Positions 1 through 13,500 of a stretch of DNA of 64,000 bases are shown in pieces. The notes beneath the pieces were generated by a model. It did not search any database. It was not told the origin of the DNA and saw nothing but the letters and a program-made list of their open reading frames with translations. This DNA is from Flavobacteriales bacterium. GTDB taxonomy: Bacteria > Bacteroidota > Bacteroidia > NS11-12g > UBA9320. Each line of letters begins with the position of its first letter. Within the stretch, counting starts at the first letter, position 1. A program made the position numbers and the translations under genes. The DNA is taken from the NCBI GenBank assembly GCA_020635395.1, contig JACJZV010000001.1:782675-846674 (forward strand), given 5' to 3'.

Positions 1-909
1 TTAGGTGGTTTAGGAGGTTCTGGAATAGCTGCGGCCATTGCCAAAAATTGGTTTTTTACAAAGGCCAACCGCCCTATTGAGACAGTTAATGATTATCATC
101 TTCCGGCCTATGTTAGCTCCAAATCGTTGGTTGTTTTAAATTCCTATTCTGGCAATACGGAGGAAACCTTGAGTTTGTATAAAGAGGCAAAAGAGAAGGG
201 ATGCAAAATTATTGTTCTTTCTTCGGGAGGCCGAATAACTGACTTGGCCGAGCAAGATGGTATTAAGACATACCCGCTCATGGCTGGTTTTCAGCCTCGT
301 CAATCCATCGGTTTAGGCTTAACTTTTATGTTTTTAATTTTAGGCGAGCTATTTGGTATGGATTTAACGTCAGAGCTAACAGAAGTGGGGGAGAAGTTGG
401 ATCAAAATCAAGATAGACTTATTGATTCTGCGGCAAAAATCAGCACATTTGTATCATCGAGCGTACAGAATAAATATGTGATAATTACCGATCGTGAAAT
501 GCACGCCGTTGGGGTTCGATTTGCCAATCAAATTCAGGAGAATGCCAAGTTGGAGGCATTTGTGCATGTGGTGCCTGAGTGCAACCATAATGTGATTGAA
601 AGCTATATTGACCGATTAAACTCTAACTTTTTCTTGATTTATACAGAGGAGAATGTGAGAATTGGCAGTCGTTTTGAGTTTTTGACCGGACATTTGGAAA
701 TGGAAAACAACAAGGTTTTTCCCATGTTGGTGCCAGAATACTCAATTTATTCAATTTACAATATAATTTATCGTCTTGATTGGGTGTCGGTTATGATAGC
801 AAATCAAATACATGCAGATTTGATGCACGTTCCAACCATAACTTCCTTAAAGGAATATCTGGAAAGCATTGAAGAAATAGAGGATTTTACGGAGGAAGAT
901 GAAGGATAA
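1..909 (+). CDS. SIS-domain sugar isomerase, probably the bifunctional phosphoglucose/phosphomannose isomerase family. It is 5'-partial: the gene starts before the window.
   Basis: Frame 1 is open from base 1 and translates LGGLGGSGIAAAIAKNWFF...LVVLNSYSGNTEETL, which continues in frame into the listed 127..909 ORF. GGSG and SYSG are SIS-type motifs. The start of the ORF-track entry is an internal TTG. Confidence 0.55.
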   Translation, partial: LGGLGGSGIAAAIAKNWFFTKANRPIETVNDYHLPAYVSSKSLVVLNSYSGNTEETLSLYKEAKEKGCKIIVLSSGGRITDLAEQDGIKTYPLMAGFQPRQSIGLGLTFMFLILGELFGMDLTSELTEVGEKLDQNQDRLIDSAAKISTFVSSSVQNKYVIITDREMHAVGVRFANQIQENAKLEAFVHVVPECNHNVIESYIDRLNSNFFLIYTEENVRIGSRFEFLTGHLEMENNKVFPMLVPEYSIYSIYNIIYRLDWVSVMIANQIHADLMHVPTITSLKEYLESIEEIEDFTEEDEG

Positions 910-914
910 TTGAC

Positions 915-3332
915 CTAATTCTTTACGAATTTGGTTGTAGTCTCTTTTCCGTTTCTATCCATTATTCGAATAAAATAAATTCCCTCTGTTAGAGAAGACA
1001 CATCTATACTGTTTGCAGCTTTATTTTCGGACACTTTAACACCTTTTAAGTTAAATATCTGTACTTTTTGAACATCGATGTTCGATATGCTAATTACGTC
1101 CTTTGATGGGTTTGGATAAACCACGGGGTTTTTGTTAACTATTTGATCCACCTTTACCACTTCATCTTTCAATTGAGCTATCCATGCACCTCTACCGTAT
1201 GTAAAAATGTATAGTCTTCTGTCAGATTCACGAAGCCTAATCATAGAAATATATACATTTGGTATGCTTTCTTCTTTATACCAAAACTTACCTCCATCTC
1301 CGGTAACATACAAACCATAGTCTGTGGCAATCATAATGTTTTCGGTGTTTGCGGGGTCAACTTCAATCCAGTTTACAGGCAAACTTTGAGGAAGGTTTCC
1401 ACTAATATCAACCCATTCTGGATTGCTTGTGTTGGCATTGCGTACTTTCCATATTCTTGGCAGTGTGCTAATGTTGCTCATGGCCAAGTATATTGTTGAG
1501 TTTGTATCAGGGTCAATTTCAATATTGCCAATAAATCCACCTTTGGCGTTGGCAGGGGAGAGTGTGTACATTCTGAACTCAGATCCGGTGGTTGCCGTTT
1601 TTGCGTTGTTGATTCGGTATAAAATACTGCTGTATCCACCAAAATACAACGTAGGATTGTCTTCGGGTGTCATGCCCACCGAAAAGACACTGCCTGCTAT
1701 TTGATTGGTTAGCAATTGCCAATTATTTCCACCATTGATAGACCGAGCCAGATATTTTTTGGTTGGAAAATAAACCTGCATCCCATCTGTTGGGTTAATT
1801 TCGAAGGGATTTATAAACCAAAAATCTTGAGTTCCAACAGTGGCGGCCAAACTATTATAAATATTGAACCATGTGCCATTGCTCGAACGTCTTAAATTGC
1901 CGTTTTGCGAAGATGCATACAATATCTCACCTGTGTTGTCAATGGCATTAAAAGCCCCATCTCCAGAAAGAATTTGGCTAAAGCTGGAGCCACCGTTGTT
2001 GTTCATGGTTGTCCAATTATCTTGGGCTCCGGCCACAACTTCATCGCCCGTCGGTGAGTAAAATCCAGAATAAAACTGGGTAACATTATAACTGTAATTT
2101 AGGTCTATTACTTTTGAGGTAACCGTTGCCGTATTTAGTTTGTAGATGCCTCCATCGCATAACATCAAGAAATCATTCGAATTAGGAATAAAAGTTACGT
2201 TATGATAATCGGCGTGTCCGTTTTTCATCCTTCCCCAAGATTGGCCACCATTGCTCGAGTATCCAGGATCTTGTGCGGCACAAATCACAAAATCAGGATT
2301 GGTTGGGTGCACTCCTAAAGTAAAGCAATACCATGTAAAATCATAGCTAATACTTGATACTGGCATTGTAGTTGCAGCCCAATTTTCACCATAATCAATT
2401 GATTTGTATATGCCTATAATACCATCTCCGGCGGTATTTGCAAATGCGGCATAAATAATGTTCGAATCGCTTTCTGAAGCAGCCACCAAGCATCTATTAA
2501 AACTGGAGACAGGAATATTGAATTTTTGAACGGTAATATCATCCGCCTCGTCAAAATAATAGATTCCTTTTTTGCCACCGGCAATATACACTCTGCCATT
2601 TGGCATTGGGTCAACATCGCATGCCTCAGAGGCAGTATTGAATATTTGTTTGAACGTTTTGCCTTTATCTGTGCTTCTAAATAGACCTCCGGTTATGGAT
2701 GCCACATAGAATGTGTTGCTGTCGGTTTGCGAGTAGGCAATATCCCAAGTTTTGTCAAACGCAGTGATGTCAGAACCCTCTATTTGAAAAAACGATTTAC
2801 CCCCGTCTTCCGATTTAAAAATGCCGTTGCCGTCATAGTTTATATAAACTCCGGTTGAACGCTCGCCGGTGGAGTAGTAAATTTCATTGGGGTTAAAAGG
2901 GTTTTGGGTAATTCCTGTTACAGAAAGCGTGCTGGCCGCATCATCCACCGGAATCCAAGTTTTTCCGGCATCGTAGCTGTTCCAAATTCCTCCCGAAACA
3001 CCTCCGGCAATGAAATGGTTTGCGTTAGCCGCATCTACAATCAAAGCCCTTGTTCTCCCACCAATATTGGATGGTCCGAGCTCTTTTACTTCTTTAAAGA
3101 AATCTATTTTAGAGTGAAATTTTGGCGTTTGTGCATCCCATTGTTTCCATAATCCTCTCGGTATTTCGCCATTCTCATTTTGTTTGATTTGATAAAATTG
3201 CTCACCATATCCTGGATGTGTTTCCGGTTCAAAGTAACTCTTTTTACTTTTTACCGTAAAAAATAATGGCGAAACAATCAAAGAAGCTATCAATAACGTA
3301 ACCCCTAAATTTATTTTTTTTGAAATTATCAT
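915..3332 (-). CDS. Secreted BNR/Asp-box repeat protein (sortilin/Ycf48-like beta-propeller) with a T9SS type-A C-terminal sorting domain.
   Basis: There is an N-terminal signal peptide. Multiple S-x-D-x-G-x-T/S-W/F Asp-box motifs are present: SYDAGKTW, SEDGGKSF, STDKGKTF, SIDYGENW, SNGGQSWG, SINGGNNW, TGDGGKFW. The C-terminal about 80 aa (VYPNPSKDVISI...GIYFIRIMDRNGKETTTKFVKN) matches a Por/T9SS tail. Confidence 0.8.
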   Translation of the reverse strand: MIISKKINLGVTLLIASLIVSPLFFTVKSKKSYFEPETHPGYGEQFYQIKQNENGEIPRGLWKQWDAQTPKFHSKIDFFKEVKELGPSNIGGRTRALIVDAANANHFIAGGVSGGIWNSYDAGKTWIPVDDAASTLSVTGITQNPFNPNEIYYSTGERSTGVYINYDGNGIFKSEDGGKSFFQIEGSDITAFDKTWDIAYSQTDSNTFYVASITGGLFRSTDKGKTFKQIFNTASEACDVDPMPNGRVYIAGGKKGIYYFDEADDITVQKFNIPVSSFNRCLVAASESDSNIIYAAFANTAGDGIIGIYKSIDYGENWAATTMPVSSISYDFTWYCFTLGVHPTNPDFVICAAQDPGYSSNGGQSWGRMKNGHADYHNVTFIPNSNDFLMLCDGGIYKLNTATVTSKVIDLNYSYNVTQFYSGFYSPTGDEVVAGAQDNWTTMNNNGGSSFSQILSGDGAFNAIDNTGEILYASSQNGNLRRSSNGTWFNIYNSLAATVGTQDFWFINPFEINPTDGMQVYFPTKKYLARSINGGNNWQLLTNQIAGSVFSVGMTPEDNPTLYFGGYSSILYRINNAKTATTGSEFRMYTLSPANAKGGFIGNIEIDPDTNSTIYLAMSNISTLPRIWKVRNANTSNPEWVDISGNLPQSLPVNWIEVDPANTENIMIATDYGLYVTGDGGKFWYKEESIPNVYISMIRLRESDRRLYIFTYGRGAWIAQLKDEVVKVDQIVNKNPVVYPNPSKDVISISNIDVQKVQIFNLKGVKVSENKAANSIDVSSLTEGIYFIRIMDRNGKETTTKFVKN

Positions 3333-3351
3333 ACGCTCAATTCTACTACAA

Positions 3352-4401
3352 TTAATCTTTTTTTCGGTTGAGAGCTAATGCACTCAACATCCAGTTAGGC
3401 AGCGGTTTCTCAGGATTTCGCTTACGCATATCCAAATACCAATTTAATTTTTTCATGATGGGTATTTTGTGGGTTTCTACAAACTCAATGAGCGTTCCAT
3501 CGGGGTCTTCAATGTATGAAAAATGACCCGCAGCCTCGCCCATATCAAACGAGTTGGAACTGTCAACCGTAAAGTTAAAACCAGCTTTTTCACATTTTGT
3601 TTTTAATCCTGCCATGTCATACACATCAAAGCAGAGATGTATAAAACCCAAATCTCCCCAATATCTATTTTCAAAAATAGGCCTTCCGACGCTGGTTTTA
3701 TTCTCTATAAGCTCAATTTGACTTGAACCTAACAAACGACTAAAACCTCCTTTTCTGCTTTGACTGTGGGTTAAAAGCACTCGTCTATACTGGTCGTTTT
3801 TGCCGCCAATACCAGACAAATCATCAAATGAATCTGTTTTGTCGTACAATATGTTATCGTATCCCAAAATATCGGAATATAATTTCAATGCTCTATCAAT
3901 GTTTGACACTCCAATGATGGAACCGTAAACTCCGCCATTTGTAGATTTGGTGTTTTTAAAGATATTGTCTGATTCAACAATTTGAAACCAATTTCCATAA
4001 GGGTCTTTCAAAAAGAAATGTTTTTTTCCGTCTGGTGCAGTTTCTATTTTTTGGCTAAGTGTAACACCTTTATTCTTTAAAAAATCAAAAGATGCCTCAA
4101 CGTTTTGGGATTTCATTTTGCAAACGTTAAACCCTAAATCTCCCAATTTAATGCTGAAATCAGCGGGCTCGGGTGTGCGGCTGGTGTATTGCCAAATTTC
4201 AAAACCGCCTCCACCTTGCATATTCAATGCTAAAATGGCGTGCCTATCGTGCGGTTTGCCGCCGGTATATGGAAGCATAAGTCCGGCAGTTGCGGCTTCT
4301 TCAAATATGGGTACATCCATGCCCAAATGAATTCTATACCATTTCCATGCTTCATGAACGTTGGGAATACCAATTCCCATTTGCTGAATTCCGCTAATCA
4401 T
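3352..4401 (-). CDS. VOC-family protein (glyoxalase/bleomycin-resistance/dioxygenase superfamily) with two tandem VOC modules.
   Basis: The 349-aa ORF has an ATG start. Glyoxalase-like beta-alpha-beta-beta-beta segments appear twice. The family assignment rests on general resemblance only. Confidence 0.5.
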   Translation of the reverse strand: MISGIQQMGIGIPNVHEAWKWYRIHLGMDVPIFEEAATAGLMLPYTGGKPHDRHAILALNMQGGGGFEIWQYTSRTPEPADFSIKLGDLGFNVCKMKSQNVEASFDFLKNKGVTLSQKIETAPDGKKHFFLKDPYGNWFQIVESDNIFKNTKSTNGGVYGSIIGVSNIDRALKLYSDILGYDNILYDKTDSFDDLSGIGGKNDQYRRVLLTHSQSRKGGFSRLLGSSQIELIENKTSVGRPIFENRYWGDLGFIHLCFDVYDMAGLKTKCEKAGFNFTVDSSNSFDMGEAAGHFSYIEDPDGTLIEFVETHKIPIMKKLNWYLDMRKRNPEKPLPNWMLSALALNRKKD

Positions 4402-4512
4402 TTCTTTTAAAATTCGTGCGAATATAAAGTTTTACAACCTTTATTTAGGAGACGATGGTAAATTAAACCGAGGCCGCCAAAATCGGGTCAAAAACCAAAT
4501 GGACAAAAAAAA

Positions 4513-4540
4513 GGAGAGTTGAATTCAACTCTCCTTTTGA
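4513..4540. terminator. Bidirectional rho-independent terminator downstream of the giant adhesin gene.
   Basis: GGAGAGTTGAATTCAACTCTCC is a perfect 22-nt palindrome with an EcoRI site at its centre. It is flanked by A8 on one side and TTTT on the other, so the minus strand sees the hairpin followed by a T8 run. Confidence 0.6.
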
Positions 4541-4558
4541 GTGTTAAGTTATTAAATT

Positions 4559-7500
4559 TTAACGAGTTACGATAATGGTGTTTTTGTAAACAAAAGAACC
4601 ATTTTGGATTTCGATAAAATACAAACCTTCTGCTGTTTCGCCCAGTTCTACTTCAAATGTAGAAGTGTTTATATCATCAGAAGATTTAATTAAAGCACCT
4701 TTGGTGTCGTAAATATTAAATGAAATGTCGCCATTTTTTTGACCCACATTTACCACAAATTTTCCGTTGTTCGGATTTGGGTAAATTTGAATTCCATTTT
4801 CAATTTTATCAACTCCTAACAAGCTAATTTTAACTTGATTGCAAGAGGTAGATGCACAACCCAAATTGTCAACCACTTTGAGACATACGTTGAAACTTTG
4901 ATTGTTCACATTGTAATGATGTGATGGATTTTGATGCGTTGATGTTGCTCCATCGCCAAAATTCCAATTGTAGGTTGCTCCAGCAATATTTGGGGTAAAG
5001 TTTACATCTCTTCCTGCGGTTTTAAATGTAAATCCACTATTTGGCAATGGATTGATTGTCACATTTCTATCGCTGGTGTCTGAACATGTTCCGTTAGATG
5101 CAATCAATATCACTCGGTAAGTACCTTGTGTTGCATAGGCATGAGTCGCATTATTAGATGTTGCCGTGTTGCCATCGCCAAAACTCCAAGAAGCAGAAGT
5201 GGCATTGCGTGAGCTATTGGTAAACTGGGTTACATCTCCTTCACACACGTTTCCAACAATAAATGAAGCCATTGGGCTTTGTAGAACATTTATTGTTTTT
5301 GTGATTTCGTTGGTACAACCTTCAGTGCTGGCAATACTAAGCGAAACAACTTTTGAACCGCTGTTTGCATAATTGTGTGTTGGGTTTTGCAATGTGCTGG
5401 TTCCACCATCGCCAAAATTCCAATATGAAACAGCTGCCCCGTTTGAGGTATTTGTAAACGAAATATCTGTATTTTGACATCCACCGGTAGTTGAGAAATT
5501 GGCAACCGGTAAAGCAAATACTCTAACAGTAGTTGCTGCCATTGCCGTACAACCTACTTTATTTTCAACAGTTACAGAAACGTTGTAGGTTCCGGCAGAG
5601 CTGTAGATATGCGTTGGGGTCAATGCTCCGCTGGTGTTTCCATCGCCAAAACTCCATGATTTAACACCAGAGTTTGTGGTTGTTCCAAACGTGATAGAAT
5701 TACCCAAGCATACATCATTTGCCGAAATAGAAACACTTGGTGCATCAGCCACCGTTACACTTCTCAAAGTAGAAGAAACGCAGCCTTTGTCTGACGTTAC
5801 GGTAAGTCTTACTTGTCCGTATGTGCCGGCAGTTGCATAGGTATGTGTATTTGATGTGCCACTGTTTCCGTCTCCATATTCAAAGTTTGATGAGGCAATG
5901 CTACCACTGCTAATCGTACTATTGTCTGTAAATGTGGCCGTAGGCCCTGTGCAAAGTGCAGTTGCCGTAAACGATGCAACTGGATTTGGATTAACACTAA
6001 CCATTTTTGAGGTGGAAGATGTGCAGCCTTGAGCAGAAGTTACGGTTAAATTAACTGTATAATTTCCAACTGCGGCGTATGAGTGCATTGGACTAAATTG
6101 ACCACTTGATGTACCATCACCAAAATTCCAATTGCTTGAACCACCAACTGAAGTGTTGGTAAACGTTACTGCCGAGCCCAAACATGCATTATTTGCTGTA
6201 AAGTTTGCCGTTGGTGTTCCGCTGATAATTACCGTTTGTTGATATGTATTGCTACATCCGTTTGCATTTTTAGCGGTTAGGCTAACAACATAGTTTCCGG
6301 CTGCACTATACGTGTGACTTGGGTTTGCTGAGGTGCTTGTGCCGCCATCACCAAAATTCCAAGTGTAGGTAGTAGCCCCGCTTGAGGTGTTGCTAAAGGT
6401 AAGATTTGAACCTGAGCAACCACTTATTCCTGCAAACATGGCAATAGGTGCATCATATACAACAATGGATTTGCCAGTAGAAGCAATACAACCGTTGGAG
6501 TTAGTAACGGTAAGAGTTACATTATACGTACCTGCATTTGTATATGCGTGAGATGGATTGGTTGCAGTGCTTGCCGCACCATCATTAAAATCCCAGTAGT
6601 AGCTACCAGAACTGCTGTTGTTGCTGAAAGTTGCAGTATTTCCAACACATACGTTGGCCGTGCTGAAATCAGCCGTTGGGTTGCTATAAATAGTTACTGT
6701 TTTTGAAACTACAGAATTACAACCGCCAGCACCAATGCCGGTCAAGCTTACGGTGTAAGTGCCAGCCGAGGCATAGGTATATGTAGGATTAACAGATGTA
6801 GAAGTGCTTCCGTTTCCAAAATTCCAAGAGTATGAACTTGCTCCTCCTGAAAGATTTGTGAAAGTTGTTACCACACCAAGACAGTTGTTAGAAACCGAGA
6901 AGTCTGTTGTAGGCTTATCGTTTACTACTACATTTTTAGAAATCGTGCTGCTGCATCCGTTGGCTGTTGCTGTTAATGAAGCAGTATAATTTCCGGCGGA
7001 TGCATAGGTATGCGAAGGATTTGAAACACTTGAAGAAGAGCCATCACCAAAACTCCAGGTATAGGTCAATGTTCCAGAACCAACAGAGCTACTGTTGGTA
7101 AAGACTGTGGCACTGCCCAAGCAGGCGGTGTTTGCTGTAAAGGCTGCCGTTGGCATTGCGTTTACATTGTGCATTACGTTGGCCGTATCAGCACATCCGT
7201 TTGAGTTTTGTGCAACAAACATTACATTATACGAACCGGCAGCGGCATAGGTATGAGATGGTGACTGACTTGTTGAAGTATTGCCATCACCAAAATTCCA
7301 ATGATAATTAGATGCTCCGGTGCTTGTGCCAACAAAGTTTGAAGTAGTACCGATGCACACATCAGAAACAGTTATTGCTGCGGTTGGGTTGTCATAAATT
7401 GTTACTGTTTTACTTACGGTTCCCGCACAGCTTCCTGTGCCTGTAGCGGTAAGACTTACCGTATAAGTTCCAGCTGCGGTATAAGTGTGTGTTGGATTGG

Positions 7501-10500
7501 CCTGGGTACTTGTGTTTCCATCGCCAAAATTCCAAGAATAACTTAATGTGCCAGAGCCTCCTGAGGTATTGTTTGTGAAATTAGTGGTAGAACCCAAACA
7601 ACTGTTTGTTGTTTGGAAATTAGCCACCGGATTATCATAAACTACCACAGAATTTGTGGAAGTATCACCACAACCATTTATCGAATATACTGCAAGAGAA
7701 ACAGTATAAGTTCCGGCATTTGCATAGTTATATGTTGGGGCGGCTGAGCTGAATGTTGTTCCGTCACCCATATTCCAAGTATAAGAAATGGCACTTGTAG
7801 AACTGTTTGTTGCAGTAAAACTGCTGCCTTTGCACATATCCGAAATGCTGAACGAGGATACTGGATTTGAGTATGACTCAACGGCAGCCGTGAAGGTATC
7901 TTTACACCCATTGTTATTATAGGCATATAAAGATGCCGTATAATTTCCAGAAGCTCCGTAGGCGTGGCTTACATTGGTTGCGGAAGACGTAGAAGTGTTT
8001 CCATCACCAAAATTCCAAACATAGTTGTGGGCATACAGCGAACCATTGACAAATGGAGTGGCAGTATTTACACATCGATTGTCAACCGAGAAATAGGCAA
8101 ATGGACGCACTTTTACGGTCACACTTTTCGTGGTTGTGTCATTACAACCATTGCCATCGGCAGAAATTAAGGTTACATTGTATGTTTGAGCTGCCCGATA
8201 GAAATGAGTCGGATTTTCTTGAGTACTCGTTGTATTGTCGCCAAAACTCCAAGAATATGAATATGCATTTGTTGATGAGTTTACGAATTTCACACTATCT
8301 CCAAAACATACGTCATTTGCAGTAAAACCAGAGGTAGCTTTAGGCAAAACGGTAACCGTTTTCGTTACAGAATCTTTAAATCCTCCTGGTAGGAAAATTT
8401 TAAACTTAACAGTATAGGTTCCAGAAGAAGCATATTTGTGAACAGGATCTTCAAGTGTAGAGGTTGTTCCATCGCCCAATTCCCAAAGGAAAGCGTTGAT
8501 TTTTCCGCAATTTACAGAAGTGGTGTTTTTAAATCTGGAAGAATCATCTTTACAGTCGTAAATAGCATAAAAAGTTGGAACCGGAGCGTTTGACACGTTT
8601 ACAGTTCCTGTTGCCGAGTCTTTACAACCAATATTGGTGGTGGCAATAAGTTTAATGTTCTTAACGCCGCTTGATGCGTATGTATAACTTGGTACAGCGG
8701 CAGTGCTGCTGTTTCCATCTCCAAAATTCCAAAGGTATCCAGTGATTGAACCACTGCTTACACTGGAATTGTTGGTTATTGGCATTACATCGTTAAAACA
8801 ATGAGGTGTTGCAACAAAGGAAACATTCGGTAGCGGTGCAATACTAACTTTAACTGAGTTGGTAGGTTTTGTGCCACATCCGGCTCCCGAAATAGTATTT
8901 CTTCTATAAAACATTGCATTAGTCAACGAAGAAGTTGAATTGTACGAAGCAGAAGTTGCACCGCTGATATTACTCCAAGTTGCATTGTCGTTCGACTCTT
9001 GCCATTGGTAGGTATATGTTCCGTTGCCACCTGTAGCTGCACTTGTTTGGTTAAGTGTGTTTGGAGTTCCATTCGGACAAACAGAGTGAGGATTTCCAAC
9101 CAAACCTGCATACAAATCATTGTAAACATTAATGGTTACAGTATTACTATATACCACACCACATGATGAACCTCCGGTGTATCTCAATCTGTAATATCTT
9201 GTTGCGGTAAGAGCCGATGGGTTGTATGAGTTTGAGGTTGCTCCACTAATATTGCTCCAAGTGCTACCGTTTGATGATAACTGCCACTGCAACGTCCAAG
9301 AGCCATCGCCACCCGTTGGTACTGCCGATTCAGAAATTGAAGAAGGCACGGTGTTGTAGCAGATTGTTTGGTCAGAACCAATCGTTCCGGCCATTAACTC
9401 ATCTCGCACAGTAACTTTTATTGAAGCAGAATATTCTGGGCCACAACCAACATTGGTGGTAACACCTCTTCTAAAATAGGTTGTGGTTGTCAAATTTCCG
9501 GAAGAATAGGTTGCACCCATTGCACCTGAAATATCGCTCCAAGCAGCGTTATCAGCAGATGACTGCCATTGATAACCATAAGTGCCCGCACTACCAGATG
9601 CCGGTGTTGTATTGCCAAAAGTGCTTGGCATTGAATTGTAACAAATGGTTTGATCTCCAGATATAGAGCCGGCAATCAATGCTGTTAATACATTGATGCT
9701 TCGAGCCGTGGTATCTTTACATCCATTGTTTGTTGTGCTGCTAATGCTCACATTGTAGCTTCCACTGGAGGCGTATGTGTGATTTGTATTGTTACCTGTT
9801 CCACTTGTTGCGTCTCCAAACATCCAATAAGTAGAAACAATAGAACCACTTGAAACCGTGCCAGTTGATGAAAAACTCATAGCACTGCCAAAACATGAGT
9901 CTGCATTGGCAAACGATGAAACCGGATTTGGCCAGTATGGCACAACTATACCTGCACTACTATTGGCAGAGTTTACATCATCTCCTGTGTAGGTTACGGT
10001 AATGGAATTGTCGGTTGTTCCACTCAAATCTACTGTAGTAGAAAGGGTTTGAGTGTAGGTTGCACCGGCAGCAAATGTTCCGGTAACGGTTTCTGTGTAG
10101 GTGGTTGTTCCATCTACTACAATAGACAATGGAATATTTGATAATATAAGGTTGCTATTGTTTTTAAATGTAACAGTTATTGGTGCCGCATTCTGATTGC
10201 TTCCACAAACTGTGTCAGAGGCAACCGAAATAAGAGCAACGTCCGGCAATAGTTCAAAAGCTCCAATAGTTGGCGTAGCTCTGCGAGTTACTTGCTCAAT
10301 ATCATCCGATACAGAGGCAGTAGTTCCTGCTTCGAAATGTTCCAAACTATTTATATGATAATCGTTTGTGGCATTAAAATCAGGATTTACGCTAATAGAG
10401 TTTTGCTCTATGGTAGTATAGTTGGACTGATATGAAGCCAAAGTACTATAGCTCGAGCCAGCACTAATCAGTGTACTTCCAGAAGTGTAATAGCTATTAT

Positions 10501-13500
10501 TATTTATAGCCGAAAATAGGGTTGGGTCGCCATAATATGCTGCAGTTCCACCACCAACATTTGCAAAAATATTGTTGGTAATTTCGTTGCCGGTGTAGTT
10601 TGAATTAATTGATGTATATAGAGCTGCCCAAGCTGTTGATACGTAACTGCTGGTAAGAACAATAGTGTTGTTCGATAAAACTTGATTGTTTGATGAGTAA
10701 AAATCTACCCCATCTACAGAATTGCTTGAACTGCCAATTTGAACAAAGTTGTTTGCAATTAACCCTTTGTCGGTTGATGTTGCATCGCAGGCGTTAAAGT
10801 ACATGCCAATTCCATCACCTAATCCCGTAACCTTGTTTCCAATAATGCGTTGTGCACCATCGCTAAAATAACAATAAATTCCGTAGAGACTTGAGTATGA
10901 TGAGGTCGTAGAAATGGTATTTCTCAATACAGCAAGATCTTGAGTGTAGAAAGAGTAAATACCATAATAGTAAAAATCGGTAATGATGTTGTCTTTAATC
11001 ATCCAATTTTTTTGCAAAGAACTTGATGATCCACCATAACAATAAATGCCATAGCTACCATTTAATAATTCATTGTTGGAAATGGTTACGCTATCAGACA
11101 CGTTTGATACACCTGAGTTATCAAAAATTAGTGCATAGTTGCTGGAAGTCGATGATACAACAGGGCCAACAATTTTTGAATTTTGAACCGTAATGTTATT
11201 ATTCGTACCATTAAATACAACAATACTTCCGCGAGAAGTGCCTGTGGCCACCATATTGAAACTATCAAAGGTAATATGGTTAATGTCTTTAAATAATACG
11301 ATATAATTATCCGATGATGAACTGGACGAATAGGTAATGGTAGGCATTCCAGAACCAACAAACCGAATGGTGTTGACGGCTGAAGTACCCAAAATTTTTG
11401 TGCCGTCCAAATTGATGTTTTCATTGTAGGTGCCTGGTTGAACAGTAAACGTAATAGGTCCTGAAATTCCTGCACACTGAAGGGCATCCACCGCAGCTGT
11501 GAAGTTGGGGTAGGTTCCGGTTGAACCAATAGTGTAATTGCCTCCAGCCAACGGAACACCGAAACTAGAAGAATTTGAATCGTTAATGGTAATTACATCC
11601 GCAGAGCCATTTGGGTCGCTTGTCCAGGCAGTAAGTTGACTACATCCGGCTGATATAGACGCAGTGCCTGAGAAGGTCAACGTGTCTGATTGGCAACTTG
11701 CCAAAGAAATAGTAAATGTCTCGGTGGTAGTGCTGCCACCATCAACCGAAAAGTTTCCTTTAACACTTGTCAAAGTTGAAGATCCATAATTTCGAACCGC
11801 AATTTTTACCACCTGATTGCCAGCAGCAACTACGCCGTTAGGGCTTAAAATAGAAGTTACTCCTGCGTCTAAACTACCGTTTATTGTTTCATCAGCACCG
11901 GGGAAAGTAGTTGTTGTGCCACGTGAATCTCCATCAATATCGGTGGAAACAGAAGATAGTGCGGGCATTTTTACAAAACAAGGATCTACTAAATGAAAAT
12001 CAGTTGCAGATACAAAATTTGGCATTTGAAAAACAGAGTTCCCATCAAGGCTTGATGAGCTTACAAAGCCGGCTAAAGTGCTATTGAGGCTAATTCCATC
12101 ATAAAACATGTCTGAAGTTGAGTTGCCATAAAACACGTTGTAATCTGAGGTTAAATAAGATACGCCTGATACGTAGATTAAATATCCCTGTCCGGAGTTA
12201 ACAATAATGTTGTTTTTTAATTCAGTTCCAACATAGGTAGAACTGCTACAATAAATATACACTGTTGGGTAGGATGAAGAATTGTAGGAAGAGTTATCGA
12301 CAAAAGTGTTATGGTAAACATTTTGATAGCTACATCCGTATAAATAAAGGGCTCTTGCCGAATTGGATGCATTGTCTCCAACAACTACAATGTTGTTTGC
12401 AATTAAACCTGGTAAAGTGCTGGTGGCATCAGAATAAGAGATATACAAACCGTAGTTTTTTATTGTTATTTGGTTTCCAGTAATTTTTAGGTTTCCGTCA
12501 CCGTAAGATGAATAAATACCGTAGGTGCTGGTTGACGAACCAATGAATTTGTTGTTGTTTACAACCGAGTTATTATGATAATAGCCGTACAATCCAGCAT
12601 AATAGAAGTCTTTGATGGTGTTGCCTGTTATGGTCCAATTGTCTTGCAACGCAGTGGTTGATGACCCATACATATATATACCATATGAACCATACAAAAT
12701 TTCATTGTCTTTAATAAGCACGTTTGTAGATAGTGAACTGCCCGTTTCATCGTAAATTGTAGAGGAAGTAGCGGTTGATGTGCTTACAACAGGTCCCTCA
12801 ATTTTGCAGTTTTTGATGGTAATATTGCCGTTTGAGCCACCAAAATAGAAAGCTGGAGCGGATGTTCCGGTTTGGATAACGTTTATCCCGTCAAAAGCAA
12901 CATAGTTGGTGTTTTGCAACTTTATGGTTGCACCAGAGGCATTTTTCAAAACTGGCATCGTGCTGTTTGTTGGGTCGCTAACAAAGGTAATGGTGTTGCT
13001 TGAAGAGGAGCCTACAATAGCAGGAATAAAAACGTCTTCAGTATATGTGCCACTTCTTACTTTAAGAGTTACTGCACCCGAAATGCCCGCACAATTTAAA
13101 CCATCTATTGCTTCCGTAAAGTTTGCAAAATCTGGCGATGAACCACCAATAGTATATGTGCCGGACATTGCCACCCCAAAACTAGTTGAAGCACTATCGT
13201 TTGAGATTTTTGTGTCCGAAGCCCCACCGGGATTGCTTGACCACGCGGTCAAGGATTTACAACCAACGCTATGATTAAAAGTAGAGCTAAAAGTAACGGT
13301 ATCGTTGGCACAACTTGACAAGGTAGTGGACATGTTTTGATTAACAACCGACCCACCTGAGGGCAAATAACTAACAGTATAACCATTAACGGTGTTTAAA
13401 CCATAATTACGAACTACAACCTTTACAGTTTGTGTTCCTGAGCTAACGGTTCCGGAAGGTGTTAATATTTCGGCAACCCCTATATCGTTGTTTCCTTGAT

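Noticed and set aside
4950-8740. A regular ~235-bp periodic repeat that could be mistaken for a CRISPR-like or satellite array.
   Set aside because: The repeats lie entirely inside one continuous ORF and encode PKD domains (WNFGDG...). The unit is far longer than CRISPR repeats, and there are no unique spacers.
11128-11559. Antisense ORFs inside the giant adhesin gene (143 aa here; also 12906-13274, 7678-7926 and others).
   Set aside because: They are fully contained in, and antisense to, an intact 11.4-kb ORF. They are translation artefacts of Ser/Thr/Gly/Asn-rich coding sequence.
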